From IMG/VR virus record IMGVR_UViG_3300049846_001081: 64,000 nucleotides of DNA. One strand, written 5' to 3'. Positions 51,029-59,058 of this stretch are shown here, in pieces. Under the pieces are notes generated by a model that did not search any database, was not told the origin of the DNA, and worked only from the letters and a program-made list of their open reading frames with translations. Positions within the stretch are counted from its first letter, which is position 1; every line of letters begins with the position of its first letter. The translations under genes were made by a program, and so were the position numbers. This DNA comes from a virus. Its lineage: Duplodnaviria; Caudoviricetes.

Positions 51029-51079
51029 CGGAAGGTTGCTCTAACTCACTTGACTTTTTAGTTGAGTGGGTTTTATAAT
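51029..51079 (+). promoter_or_regulatory. Direct repeat copy 2 with stem-loop sigma70 promoter for the tRNA
   Basis: TTGACT 51050-51055, N18, TATAAT 51074-51079; ACTCACT/AGTGGGT stem around the -35. Confidence 0.75.
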
Positions 51080-51088
51080 ATCTTTATC

Positions 51089-51162
51089 GGGGATATAGCT
51101 CAGTTGGTAGTAGCACTTGCTTTGCAAGCAAGATGTCATCGGTTCGAGTCCGATTATCTCCA
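51089..51162 (+). tRNA. trnA: tRNA-Ala(UGC), CCA not encoded
   Basis: Acceptor GGGGATA/TATCTCC with G3:U70, anticodon stem CTTGC/GCAAG with TGC, T-loop GGTTCGAGTCC. Confidence 0.95.
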
Positions 51163-51192
51163 TTCTAAATACTTGAAAGAGTATATGTAAAA

Positions 51193-52422
51193 ATGAAAGA
51201 AGGAAGCGTTATTGAAGGTATATTCGCAATGTATTGTGCCCTTGTTTTAATAGATCCTGATGATGGTAATGATATTAATAAAATAAAATTAAAAATAAGA
51301 AATATGAGATTGAATACTCAATTGAAGCAAGAAATTAGGGGCGGAAAGACCTCAAGAACTGTTGAGTTTCATAAATTGTATCCAAAAGATGATGATTTTG
51401 AAATGCAAGTCGTTGATGCTAATCCTCAACAATATAAGCATATGAGTGCTGGAGAAAAATATTTCGTTATTCAGGGTAGAAGGCAAACAACTGGACCTGA
51501 TGGTTACACTGCTCCTCCTGATTTTGTTCAAGTCAAATTAGATGTAACTTTGAAGGCTAGTGAGGTTGAAAGAGCGTATGGGATGATACTGAAAGATAAT
51601 TTTGGGGAAAGTGGAGATTTTGGTAAAATTGCGGAAAAGGTTGATACTCTACTCAAAGCAAAACATTCTCAGTTTTTTAGACAACTTGTAATGGCAAAAA
51701 ATAGATTTTTAAAAAATAAAACTACCGATGTTGTTCAATATAACGTCATAGCAGATGGTATAGGTGGCGAAAGTTCTGGTGGAGCTATAAAGTCGGATGT
51801 TTTAATAAGAATAGTGGCAAATGGTCAGAGTATCCTTAAGTATAATATAAATTTTTCTCTTAAAAGTGATGCGGTTACAGTTGAAAATATTGGGTTGATT
51901 AGGGGCGCAAATGAAGTTTATAATATGTTTGAGGGTGGATTGACTGGAAGAGCAAAGATCCAAGCAAAAATGTTTATTGATGAAATAAATGAAACAGCTA
52001 TGGGAAATTCTGAAATTGGAGTTAAAAAAGGGACCGTTAATAGGGTTGCTTTAACGGCACTATTTGAAGTTATAAAAAATAATCTTCCTAGCGGAACATC
52101 CAGATCTAATGAATATTATGATTATCTTGAAAAAGCTGCTTTTGGTAAAGATAAGGCTTCAATTGTTATTGCTGATAAAAATAAATTAAAACAAATGACT
52201 CCAGATTATATTAAATATTTAAGAACATACGGAAATAATGGTAAACCGTTGCTTTTGGAGGTAAAAGCAACTTCTGGTGATATTAGATTTGCTCCACCTG
52301 GACAATCAAAGGAATTTTTATTTAAACTGAGGCTTAAATCGGAACACGGAACCATTGCAAAAATGATGCTTGACGTTGGCAATTTAACCCATGGTGGAAG
52401 AAATTTTAGAAAATTGAAATAA
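51193..52422 (+). CDS. Hypothetical protein, possible PD-(D/E)xK-fold nuclease
   Basis: N-terminal EGIF helix, ADG...KSDV...NFSLK pattern; CTAAATA 51165-51171 upstream. Confidence 0.5.
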   Translation: MKEGSVIEGIFAMYCALVLIDPDDGNDINKIKLKIRNMRLNTQLKQEIRGGKTSRTVEFHKLYPKDDDFEMQVVDANPQQYKHMSAGEKYFVIQGRRQTTGPDGYTAPPDFVQVKLDVTLKASEVERAYGMILKDNFGESGDFGKIAEKVDTLLKAKHSQFFRQLVMAKNRFLKNKTTDVVQYNVIADGIGGESSGGAIKSDVLIRIVANGQSILKYNINFSLKSDAVTVENIGLIRGANEVYNMFEGGLTGRAKIQAKMFIDEINETAMGNSEIGVKKGTVNRVALTALFEVIKNNLPSGTSRSNEYYDYLEKAAFGKDKASIVIADKNKLKQMTPDYIKYLRTYGNNGKPLLLEVKATSGDIRFAPPGQSKEFLFKLRLKSEHGTIAKMMLDVGNLTHGGRNFRKLK

Positions 52423-52459
52423 TTAATAATCAATAAATAAAGGTATAAGATTAAACAAT

Positions 52460-53740
52460 ATGAAGAGTTTCTTTACATTTTTATCAGAAGCAACACAATC
52501 GCAAGCATCTCAGCAGGCTCAAAAACTGGGTCTAAAAGGTGATGGCCATGGAGGTTGGCTGGATCGTTCTGGTAAAGTAGTAGCAAGAACTGATAAAGGA
52601 AAACTCAAGTTTATTGATGGGCGTCAAGCAGGAACAGCAGAACCTGCAACCGAACCAAGACAAGCAGGACCTGCTCCAACACCACAACCACAAACAGCAC
52701 AAGCACCTGCACCAGTTCCACAACAAGTACCTGGCTCAGCACCACAAGATCAAGAACAAGGGCAAGAACTTCCACCACTGACTGTTGTATTTGGACGCTT
52801 CAATCCACCAACAGTCGGACACGAAAAACTTCTGAAGTCTGCAAAGAGAATTTCTGCTGGTGGAGATATTAAAATCTATCCATCAAGAACACAAGATCCA
52901 AAGAAAAATCCACTTGATGCAAACAAGAAAGTTTCGTTTATGAAGAAGATGTTTCCTGAATTTAAGGACAATATTATTAACGACGAAGAAATGAAGACTA
53001 TTTTCAATGTTCTTGTTGCAGCGAATGAAGATGGTTATACAAGTGTAAATATTGTTGTTGGTTCTGATAGACAAGCGGAGTTTGAGAACCTAGCACAAAA
53101 GTATAATGGGGATCTTTATACCTTTGATCAAATTCGTGTGATCTCTGCTGGCGTCCGTGATGCGGATGCTGAAGGTGTGGAAGGAATGTCTGCATCTAAA
53201 ATGAGAAAAGCAGTAATGGATGATGACTTCAATTCCTTCCGCAGAGGAACACCAAAGACACTTGATGATGGAGATACTCAAACATTGTTTAATGCAGTTC
53301 GTCAAGGAATGGGTGTAAAAAAAGTAAAGATTAAAAAAGAAAATTATAATCTCTGGGAAATTGCTCCAAAGTATGATATGAGAAATCTTCGTGAAAATTA
53401 TATTTCTGGAAAAATTTTTAGAATCGGTGATAAAGTTCAGAACTTAAATACTGGATTAATTGGTGAAGTGATGCGTAGAGGCACCAACTATCTAATCTGT
53501 GTGACAGAAGATGGAAATATGTTTAAATCTTGGATTAAGGATGTAATGGAATATACTGAAGTTAAAATGGATAGAATGTATAGAACTCCAGGGAAACCAA
53601 ACACACTTGCTGGAACTACTGGGTATTTGAAGTATGCAGCAAAGCAAACTCCTGGGTCTTCATTGGGGAAACAAAATATTCAAGTAGGTGGTCGCTCATT
53701 TTTGGATTTAATAAATAAGTATAAGGTAAAAAGTAAGTAG
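52460..53740 (+). CDS. Cytidylyltransferase-like (HxGH) nucleotidyltransferase
   Basis: FGRFNPPTVGHEKL, VVGSDR, MSASKMR; N-terminal MKSFFTFLSE and Pro/Gln linker. Confidence 0.82.
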   Translation: MKSFFTFLSEATQSQASQQAQKLGLKGDGHGGWLDRSGKVVARTDKGKLKFIDGRQAGTAEPATEPRQAGPAPTPQPQTAQAPAPVPQQVPGSAPQDQEQGQELPPLTVVFGRFNPPTVGHEKLLKSAKRISAGGDIKIYPSRTQDPKKNPLDANKKVSFMKKMFPEFKDNIINDEEMKTIFNVLVAANEDGYTSVNIVVGSDRQAEFENLAQKYNGDLYTFDQIRVISAGVRDADAEGVEGMSASKMRKAVMDDDFNSFRRGTPKTLDDGDTQTLFNAVRQGMGVKKVKIKKENYNLWEIAPKYDMRNLRENYISGKIFRIGDKVQNLNTGLIGEVMRRGTNYLICVTEDGNMFKSWIKDVMEYTEVKMDRMYRTPGKPNTLAGTTGYLKYAAKQTPGSSLGKQNIQVGGRSFLDLINKYKVKSK

Positions 53741-53747
53741 AATTGCA

Positions 53748-55784
53748 ATGTCCACCAATCCTCTGAATGATATTACCAGAGTTTATCTGGAACAAGTCGC
53801 TTCTCAAGAAGTTGAGATTGAAGAAGGTATGACCATGAAGGATTTCAAAGCAAACCGCAGAAAACTCAAGCGTAGAGAAGCTTCTGCCGATGCTAAGAAG
53901 AGAGGTCATGTTGGTAAAGAGTGGTATAACAGTGGTAGGACCTATTCTCCTGATGAGGCGAAGAGTGGTCGTGCAAAACTGGATGATGCAGAAAGAAGCA
54001 CAAGACATCGTAGTTCTATAGACCCTGAGGGTGAAGATAGTAACTACTCAGCAGATAAGACTAAGAATCCCAAGAAACTCCGCAAGCAAAAAGCAATGGG
54101 AGAACTTGGCGAATCTTCACATCTTGAGACAGATATGAAGAAGCGTTCTGAAGCAAATGAAAAAGCACGTAAAGAAATTGCGAAAAGCAAAGCTCATGCT
54201 GATATGGTGAAGGCAGCAAGAAAACATTTTGATGAATCAAAGAAAGGTGACGGTAATTTGGCAAACAACTATCCCCCCTATGATAAAGTCACCAGAGGAG
54301 ATGTAATCGCTGGTGCAACTGGTAATGATGAGATGGGCGGCAAGAAAAAGAAAAAGGTAGAAGAAGGTAATGACGGTAATTTAGCAAACAACTATCCTCC
54401 ATACGATAAGGTTACCAGGGGAGATGTGATTGCTGGAAGATTAGGTAAAGACCAGATGGGTGGTAAGAAGAAAAAAGTAACCAAAGAAGGATATTCAAAC
54501 TGGAGACAAGATCTTTCTGAAGTTATCAAGGATACTGAAACTGAAAAGAAAATTACAGAAAAGCAAGTTAATAACAAAATTGTAATCAATCCAAAGTTGG
54601 ATCTTGGTGAAGCAGTAGAGAACCTTGGTGGAACTTTGCTTGAGATGATTGAGGTTGAGAATTTTGATTCTATCTTTGATGATCTTTCGGAGTCTGAAAT
54701 CTTCTTGCTTTCGGATGATCTGATTGAAGAAGTTGTAGAAGAGTTTTTCTATGAGTGTCTAGAAGAGGGTTATGATCTTGATCAAGTAGAAAATGTTCTA
54801 ATTGAATCAATTGAACTGACTGATTCAATTTTAACCGAAGCAAAAGTTACTTTGGGTCATGATACAAAAATCAAGAGTGATAGACTTGGAAAAGTAAAGT
54901 CTGCTGTTAAGAAGGTTGGTGGTGCTATTGCCCGAGGCGCTGGGTATGTTGCAGGTGCAGCAGTTCGTGGTGCAAAAGCAGCTGGTAGAGAATTTAAAGC
55001 AGGATATCAAAGAGGCAGAGGTGGATCATCAGGTTCATCTACATCTTCTACATCTTCATCAGCGTCTTCTTCTGGATCTTCATCTTCCGAAACTGGAACT
55101 AAGCGTCCTGGTTTACTTGGAAGAATTGGTTCAGCACTGAAGAGTGGTTTGAAGAGAGCTGTTGCAAAAGGTGCAAGAGCAGTTTCAAGAGGAGCAAGAA
55201 ATGTTGCTCGTAAGGTAGAAGGTAAACCCTCTACCTCATCAGCATCTACAAAACCAGCACCAAAAAAAGCAGAAAAACCTGCTGATCCTTGGGAAGGTAG
55301 TTACAAAAAATCTTCGGAAGTAAAAACGAAACCAAAACCAAAAGCATCAACCAAAAAAGCACCGACACCAAAAGCAACTACAAAGGCACCTGCAAAAAGG
55401 AAGAAAAAGTCAAAGTTAGATGATTTACTTGCTTCAGTAAGAAGTGAGAGTGTTCAAATTGATGAAAAGACTTTGACTAAAATGGAAATGAAGAAGCGCG
55501 AAGAAATTGTCAAGTCAATGAAAGATAAAGCATCTGATTTTGAAAAGAGATATCCTGGTCGTGGTAAAGAAGTGATGTATGCTACTGCCACCAAAATGGC
55601 AAAAAAAGTTGCAGAACAAACAATGGAACTTCAACCCAAAACTCAAACACAGACACAACAACCAGATCCTAGAGCAAAAGCAGCATCTCAAAGAGCAAAA
55701 GCAAAAGCGATAGAATTGAAAACGAGAGAACTTGCAACTCTTAGATCAACTCCAGCTGGAACTGCAGTTTCTACTTTTAACTGA
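53748..55784 (+). CDS. Mosaic low-complexity putative internal virion protein
   Basis: 678 aa; 41-aa tandem duplication, acidic block, Ser-run, Lys/Ala/Pro-rich block. Confidence 0.65.
   Translation: MSTNPLNDITRVYLEQVASQEVEIEEGMTMKDFKANRRKLKRREASADAKKRGHVGKEWYNSGRTYSPDEAKSGRAKLDDAERSTRHRSSIDPEGEDSNYSADKTKNPKKLRKQKAMGELGESSHLETDMKKRSEANEKARKEIAKSKAHADMVKAARKHFDESKKGDGNLANNYPPYDKVTRGDVIAGATGNDEMGGKKKKKVEEGNDGNLANNYPPYDKVTRGDVIAGRLGKDQMGGKKKKVTKEGYSNWRQDLSEVIKDTETEKKITEKQVNNKIVINPKLDLGEAVENLGGTLLEMIEVENFDSIFDDLSESEIFLLSDDLIEEVVEEFFYECLEEGYDLDQVENVLIESIELTDSILTEAKVTLGHDTKIKSDRLGKVKSAVKKVGGAIARGAGYVAGAAVRGAKAAGREFKAGYQRGRGGSSGSSTSSTSSSASSSGSSSSETGTKRPGLLGRIGSALKSGLKRAVAKGARAVSRGARNVARKVEGKPSTSSASTKPAPKKAEKPADPWEGSYKKSSEVKTKPKPKASTKKAPTPKATTKAPAKRKKKSKLDDLLASVRSESVQIDEKTLTKMEMKKREEIVKSMKDKASDFEKRYPGRGKEVMYATATKMAKKVAEQTMELQPKTQTQTQQPDPRAKAASQRAKAKAIELKTRELATLRSTPAGTAVSTFN
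54249..54480 (+). repeat. In-frame tandem duplication, 123-nt period
   Basis: DGNLANNYPPYDKVTRGDVIAG...MGGKKKK twice, mostly synonymous differences. Confidence 0.9.
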
Positions 55785-55828
55785 TTTAATATCTAAATAG
55801 ATCTGGATACTCTCATACGGAGGTCATT

Positions 55829-56002
55829 ATGGGTGGAGTAGTAGCGGTTTTAAAACCACTTCTGATTCAGATTGCAACTCATCCTGCTGTTAAGCAACTT
55901 GTTCTTGATCTACTCAAGAAATATGTTGATAGCACAGATAATAGTATTGATAATGTTGTTTATGAAATGGTAAAAGATAAACTCTTTACGCCACAAGCAT
56001 GA
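55829..56002 (+). CDS. 57-aa small amphipathic protein (not in ORF track)
   Basis: Hand translation MGGVVAVLKPLLIQIATHPAVKQLVLDLLKKYVDSTDNSIDNVVYEMVKDKLFTPQA; GGAGG RBS. Confidence 0.7.
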   Translation: MGGVVAVLKPLLIQIATHPAVKQLVLDLLKKYVDSTDNSIDNVVYEMVKDKLFTPQA

Positions 56003-56163
56003 TTACTTGTTTTGTAACTAACTGGGGAATAACCATTTTTCTAGGTATATTGCTAACTGCTTCCGAGTGGTTAGCAAAAACAAAAAAATTCAAAGAAAAC
56101 GGCTTACTTGATTTAATAACTAATTTTTTAAAAGTTGTTTTACGCAAAGGAGATCAAAAGTAG
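55999..56163 (+). CDS. 54-aa small membrane protein (not in ORF track)
   Basis: MITCFVTNWGITIFLGILLTASEWLAKTKKFKENGLLDLITNFLKVVLRKGDQK; ATGA overlap with upstream ORF. Confidence 0.65.
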   Translation: MITCFVTNWGITIFLGILLTASEWLAKTKKFKENGLLDLITNFLKVVLRKGDQK

Positions 56164-56184
56164 GGTCTCCTTTTTTTATAAATA
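56149..56184 (+). terminator. Terminator fused to a late promoter
   Basis: GGAGATC/GGTCTCC-T7 overlapping TATAAATA 56177-56184. Confidence 0.75.
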
Positions 56185-56220
56185 TCTTATAGCAAATAAG
56201 TTTTTTACGGAAGAAAGAAC

Positions 56221-56982
56221 ATGGCACTCTGGGGAAACAATGATAATAAAGGTTCTGGAGGCACAGTAACTCTAGACTACTCCACCCTTGTCGTAACTGG
56301 TTCTGGCACATCTTTTGGTAACGTTGGTGCTGCTGTAACTGGTGATGTAATCAGATTTGGTATTCGTGGTGGTGGCGGAACCTATTTCGGAGATGCTGTA
56401 ATCGTTGGCATTGCTAGCACAACTCAATGTACAATTGGATCTACTGCAGGATTAAGTGGTGCAGCAATTGCCGCAACTTCTTTTTACGTTAGTGAACTTC
56501 CTAAGTATACAGTGCTTGATAGCTCTTATAGCAATATTAATGATGCAACACAGTCTCTTCAAACCTTAACAATTACAGGAACTGCAACTACTAACGCTAA
56601 TATTGGAACTTCCATTGTTCCAGTAGTTGCTCCTAGTGGATTACTAGTTGGAGATACTTTACTAAATGGTGGAAGCGACATTCTTATTTCTACAATTGGT
56701 GCCACTACAATTTCTCTTGGTTCAACAATTTCTGCTGGAATTGCAACTGGTGATACGTTGACCTTTAAGAGATATGTTGATGGTTATGACAAACAAGTTT
56801 ATGGAATTTCTACTGATGGAGTTCCTGCTGCATATCAAGGATTTACTCATCAAGGTTGGGTTGGTATTACAACCTACGTTGATTGTCAAGGAAACTTTAG
56901 AGTTAAGAGTGAAGTTCTTGTAGCAATGTCCGGTATTACCACTGGTTCTGACGGAATTCTTTATCCAACTCCTGTCAAATAA
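56221..56982 (+). CDS. Virion structural protein (Thr/Gly-rich)
   Basis: MALWG start, HQGWVG...RVKSEVLVAM end; late promoter upstream. Confidence 0.7.
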   Translation: MALWGNNDNKGSGGTVTLDYSTLVVTGSGTSFGNVGAAVTGDVIRFGIRGGGGTYFGDAVIVGIASTTQCTIGSTAGLSGAAIAATSFYVSELPKYTVLDSSYSNINDATQSLQTLTITGTATTNANIGTSIVPVVAPSGLLVGDTLLNGGSDILISTIGATTISLGSTISAGIATGDTLTFKRYVDGYDKQVYGISTDGVPAAYQGFTHQGWVGITTYVDCQGNFRVKSEVLVAMSGITTGSDGILYPTPVK

Positions 56983-56985
56983 TAT

Positions 56986-57378
56986 ATGATTTTTAATGAA
57001 TTGAACGAGGACAATTTCCTCCTATTTGCAATTAAACATTATGAAAATCCCCAGGCAGTGACTAAAGAGGATTTTGAAAAAGACTTAAATCATTTCAAAT
57101 ATATTAAAAGACTTTTGAAACGATACAAGAATACAGGTGAATTAAAAACTCACCTTCTTCTTAATCACTTTATCATTCTTTATAATATTTTTGGTGAAGC
57201 AACAACTCCAATGTTGTTCTTTAAGATTGAAAAAGATTTGTGGTCTTCCATGAAAAGTTTTATAATTTTTTTGAATAGACTACCAGAATATCCAAAATCT
57301 ACAATACATGATATACAAGTTGATTTAAAATGTTTATCTGAACTTCAAAAAATCTACAATGGATCACAAGAAACTTGA
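56986..57378 (+). CDS. Hypothetical protein
   Basis: FLLFAIKHYENPQ, LLLNHFIILYNIFG. Confidence 0.75.
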   Translation: MIFNELNEDNFLLFAIKHYENPQAVTKEDFEKDLNHFKYIKRLLKRYKNTGELKTHLLLNHFIILYNIFGEATTPMLFFKIEKDLWSSMKSFIIFLNRLPEYPKSTIHDIQVDLKCLSELQKIYNGSQET

Positions 57379-57571
57379 TCGCATTATTTCTATAATAAGA
57401 GAGCAAATGGTAGCAAATGCTCCAGGGACTCAGGGTGGATTTTCTGGATCAGCAAATCCAAAGGGACCTGTTGCTGGTTTTGATCCTGTTATGGGGACGA
57501 CAAGAAGAAAATATGCATCTTTAGGAGCAGGATCCCGCAAACGCTGGATGAAAAAGAAACCATCGCAGTAG
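57359..57571 (+). CDS. Hypothetical protein
   Basis: 70-aa ORF overlapping upstream gene. Confidence 0.6.
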   Translation: MDHKKLDRIISIIREQMVANAPGTQGGFSGSANPKGPVAGFDPVMGTTRRKYASLGAGSRKRWMKKKPSQ

Positions 57572-57575
57572 AACA

Positions 57576-57923
57576 ATGTTTGGTCAGGACTCAAAAATTA
57601 AAGTTGCTGTTCTTGAAGAAAGAGTAAAAATTCATGAAGAAATGGTAGAGCGTGTAGATGCTGCTATTCAAACTTTAAGCGAGACCAACCAGAACATATG
57701 TAAGATGCTTGCAGTTCATGATGAAAGAATTATGAACTGTACTTTAAGTGATAACAATACAAATGAAAAAATTGGAAAGTTAGAAATAAAGGTTGACGAA
57801 CTTTCTAAATTTAGATGGATGGCAGCCGGAATAGTTGCTCTGGCTTTATTATTTGTACCAGTTGTAACAGATTTTATAACTGCATCAGTAAATTCAGTTA
57901 CAGAACAAGTTAAAAATAAATAA
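57576..57923 (+). CDS. Coiled-coil protein with C-terminal transmembrane helix
   Basis: VAVLEER...; FRWMAAGIVALALLFVPVV hydrophobic stretch. Confidence 0.7.
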   Translation: MFGQDSKIKVAVLEERVKIHEEMVERVDAAIQTLSETNQNICKMLAVHDERIMNCTLSDNNTNEKIGKLEIKVDELSKFRWMAAGIVALALLFVPVVTDFITASVNSVTEQVKNK

Positions 57924-58083
57924 TTGAGTGTTGGCATAAGATGCCAATGAAGACTCAAAAGAAAATAACACTCTATACTCTACAAAAGACAACTAATTCA
58001 GTCATTAAATGGACCGCAATAATGACTGCTCTTTGTCTTGACAAAGCACGTTGACCTGCTAGAATAGAACGACAGGTTAATGT

Positions 58084-59058
58084 TTGTTTATGGACTTTGT
58101 TGATGTGAAGTACATCAATTTGATATCTTCTAGGTTTCAAAAATTCAAGAAGGTAAAGAATAATCTCTACAACTTTCGTTGCCCCATTTGTGGTGACTCT
58201 CAAAGAAATAAAAATAAAGCAAGAGGATATCTGTATCAGGTAAAGAACAATACAAACTTCAAGTGTCATAACTGTGGAGTCAATATCTCTTTCAATAATT
58301 TTTTAAAACAAATAGATTCTGCAATTTATAAACAATACACTTTTGAGAAGTTTAAAGATGGAAAAACTGGTAGAAATTTCACTGTTGAAGAACCAGTATT
58401 TAATTTTGAAACACCAAAGTTTAAACCAAAACTAGACCTACCAAAAGCATCAGAAAATCCTGACGCAAATGAATACTTGGTAAAGCGAAAGTTAAACCCA
58501 CATAACTATTATTACGCCGAAAAATTCAAGTCTTGGACTAATTCTTTAAAGAAAGTCTTTGATGATACTGCTAAAGATGAACCTAGGATTATTATTCCTT
58601 TGTTCTATCAAAATACTCTTGTTGGATTTCAGGGCAGAGCACTTGGTCCAAGCAAGATTAAATACATCACTGTAATGTTGAACGATGACGCACCAAAAAT
58701 CTACGGTCTCAATGAGATTGAAAAAAACAAAACTGTATACATCACCGAAGGTCCCTTTGACTCAACTTTCATTCGCAACGCGATTGCTCTTTGCGGAGCT
58801 GACGGTGATATTGGTAAGTGGGGTATTAGCGATTGTGTGTGGATCTATGATAACGAACCACGTAATGCAGAAATCCACCGCAGGATTGAACAGTGTATCA
58901 GTAGAGGAGATAAGGTCGTAATTTGGCCTTCAATGATAAGAGAAAAAGATATTAATGATATGGTTTTATCTGGACTAGATGTTCAATCTGTGATAGAATC
59001 AAATACTTATTCTGGACTAGAAGCAAAACTTAAATTTACCACCTGGAAGAAAATATGA
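58084..59058 (+). CDS. gp61: DNA primase gp61
   Basis: CPICGDS...CHNC zinc finger, TEGPFDS TOPRIM, YDNEPRN, KDINDM. Confidence 0.95.
   Translation: MFMDFVDVKYINLISSRFQKFKKVKNNLYNFRCPICGDSQRNKNKARGYLYQVKNNTNFKCHNCGVNISFNNFLKQIDSAIYKQYTFEKFKDGKTGRNFTVEEPVFNFETPKFKPKLDLPKASENPDANEYLVKRKLNPHNYYYAEKFKSWTNSLKKVFDDTAKDEPRIIIPLFYQNTLVGFQGRALGPSKIKYITVMLNDDAPKIYGLNEIEKNKTVYITEGPFDSTFIRNAIALCGADGDIGKWGISDCVWIYDNEPRNAEIHRRIEQCISRGDKVVIWPSMIREKDINDMVLSGLDVQSVIESNTYSGLEAKLKFTTWKKI

Noticed and set aside
50457-51065. Direct repeats as CRISPR array or transposon ends
   Set aside because: Only two copies about 570 bp apart, containing promoter elements; no cas or transposase gene.
51089-51162. tRNA as a prophage attachment site
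   Set aside because: No integrase, no duplicated tRNA 3' end, no host genes in the window.
57941-58054. 37-aa ORF MPMKTQKK... before primase
   Set aside because: Very short, weak RBS, overlaps a likely primase promoter (TTGACA 58038, TAGAAT 58060); not supported enough to list as a gene.
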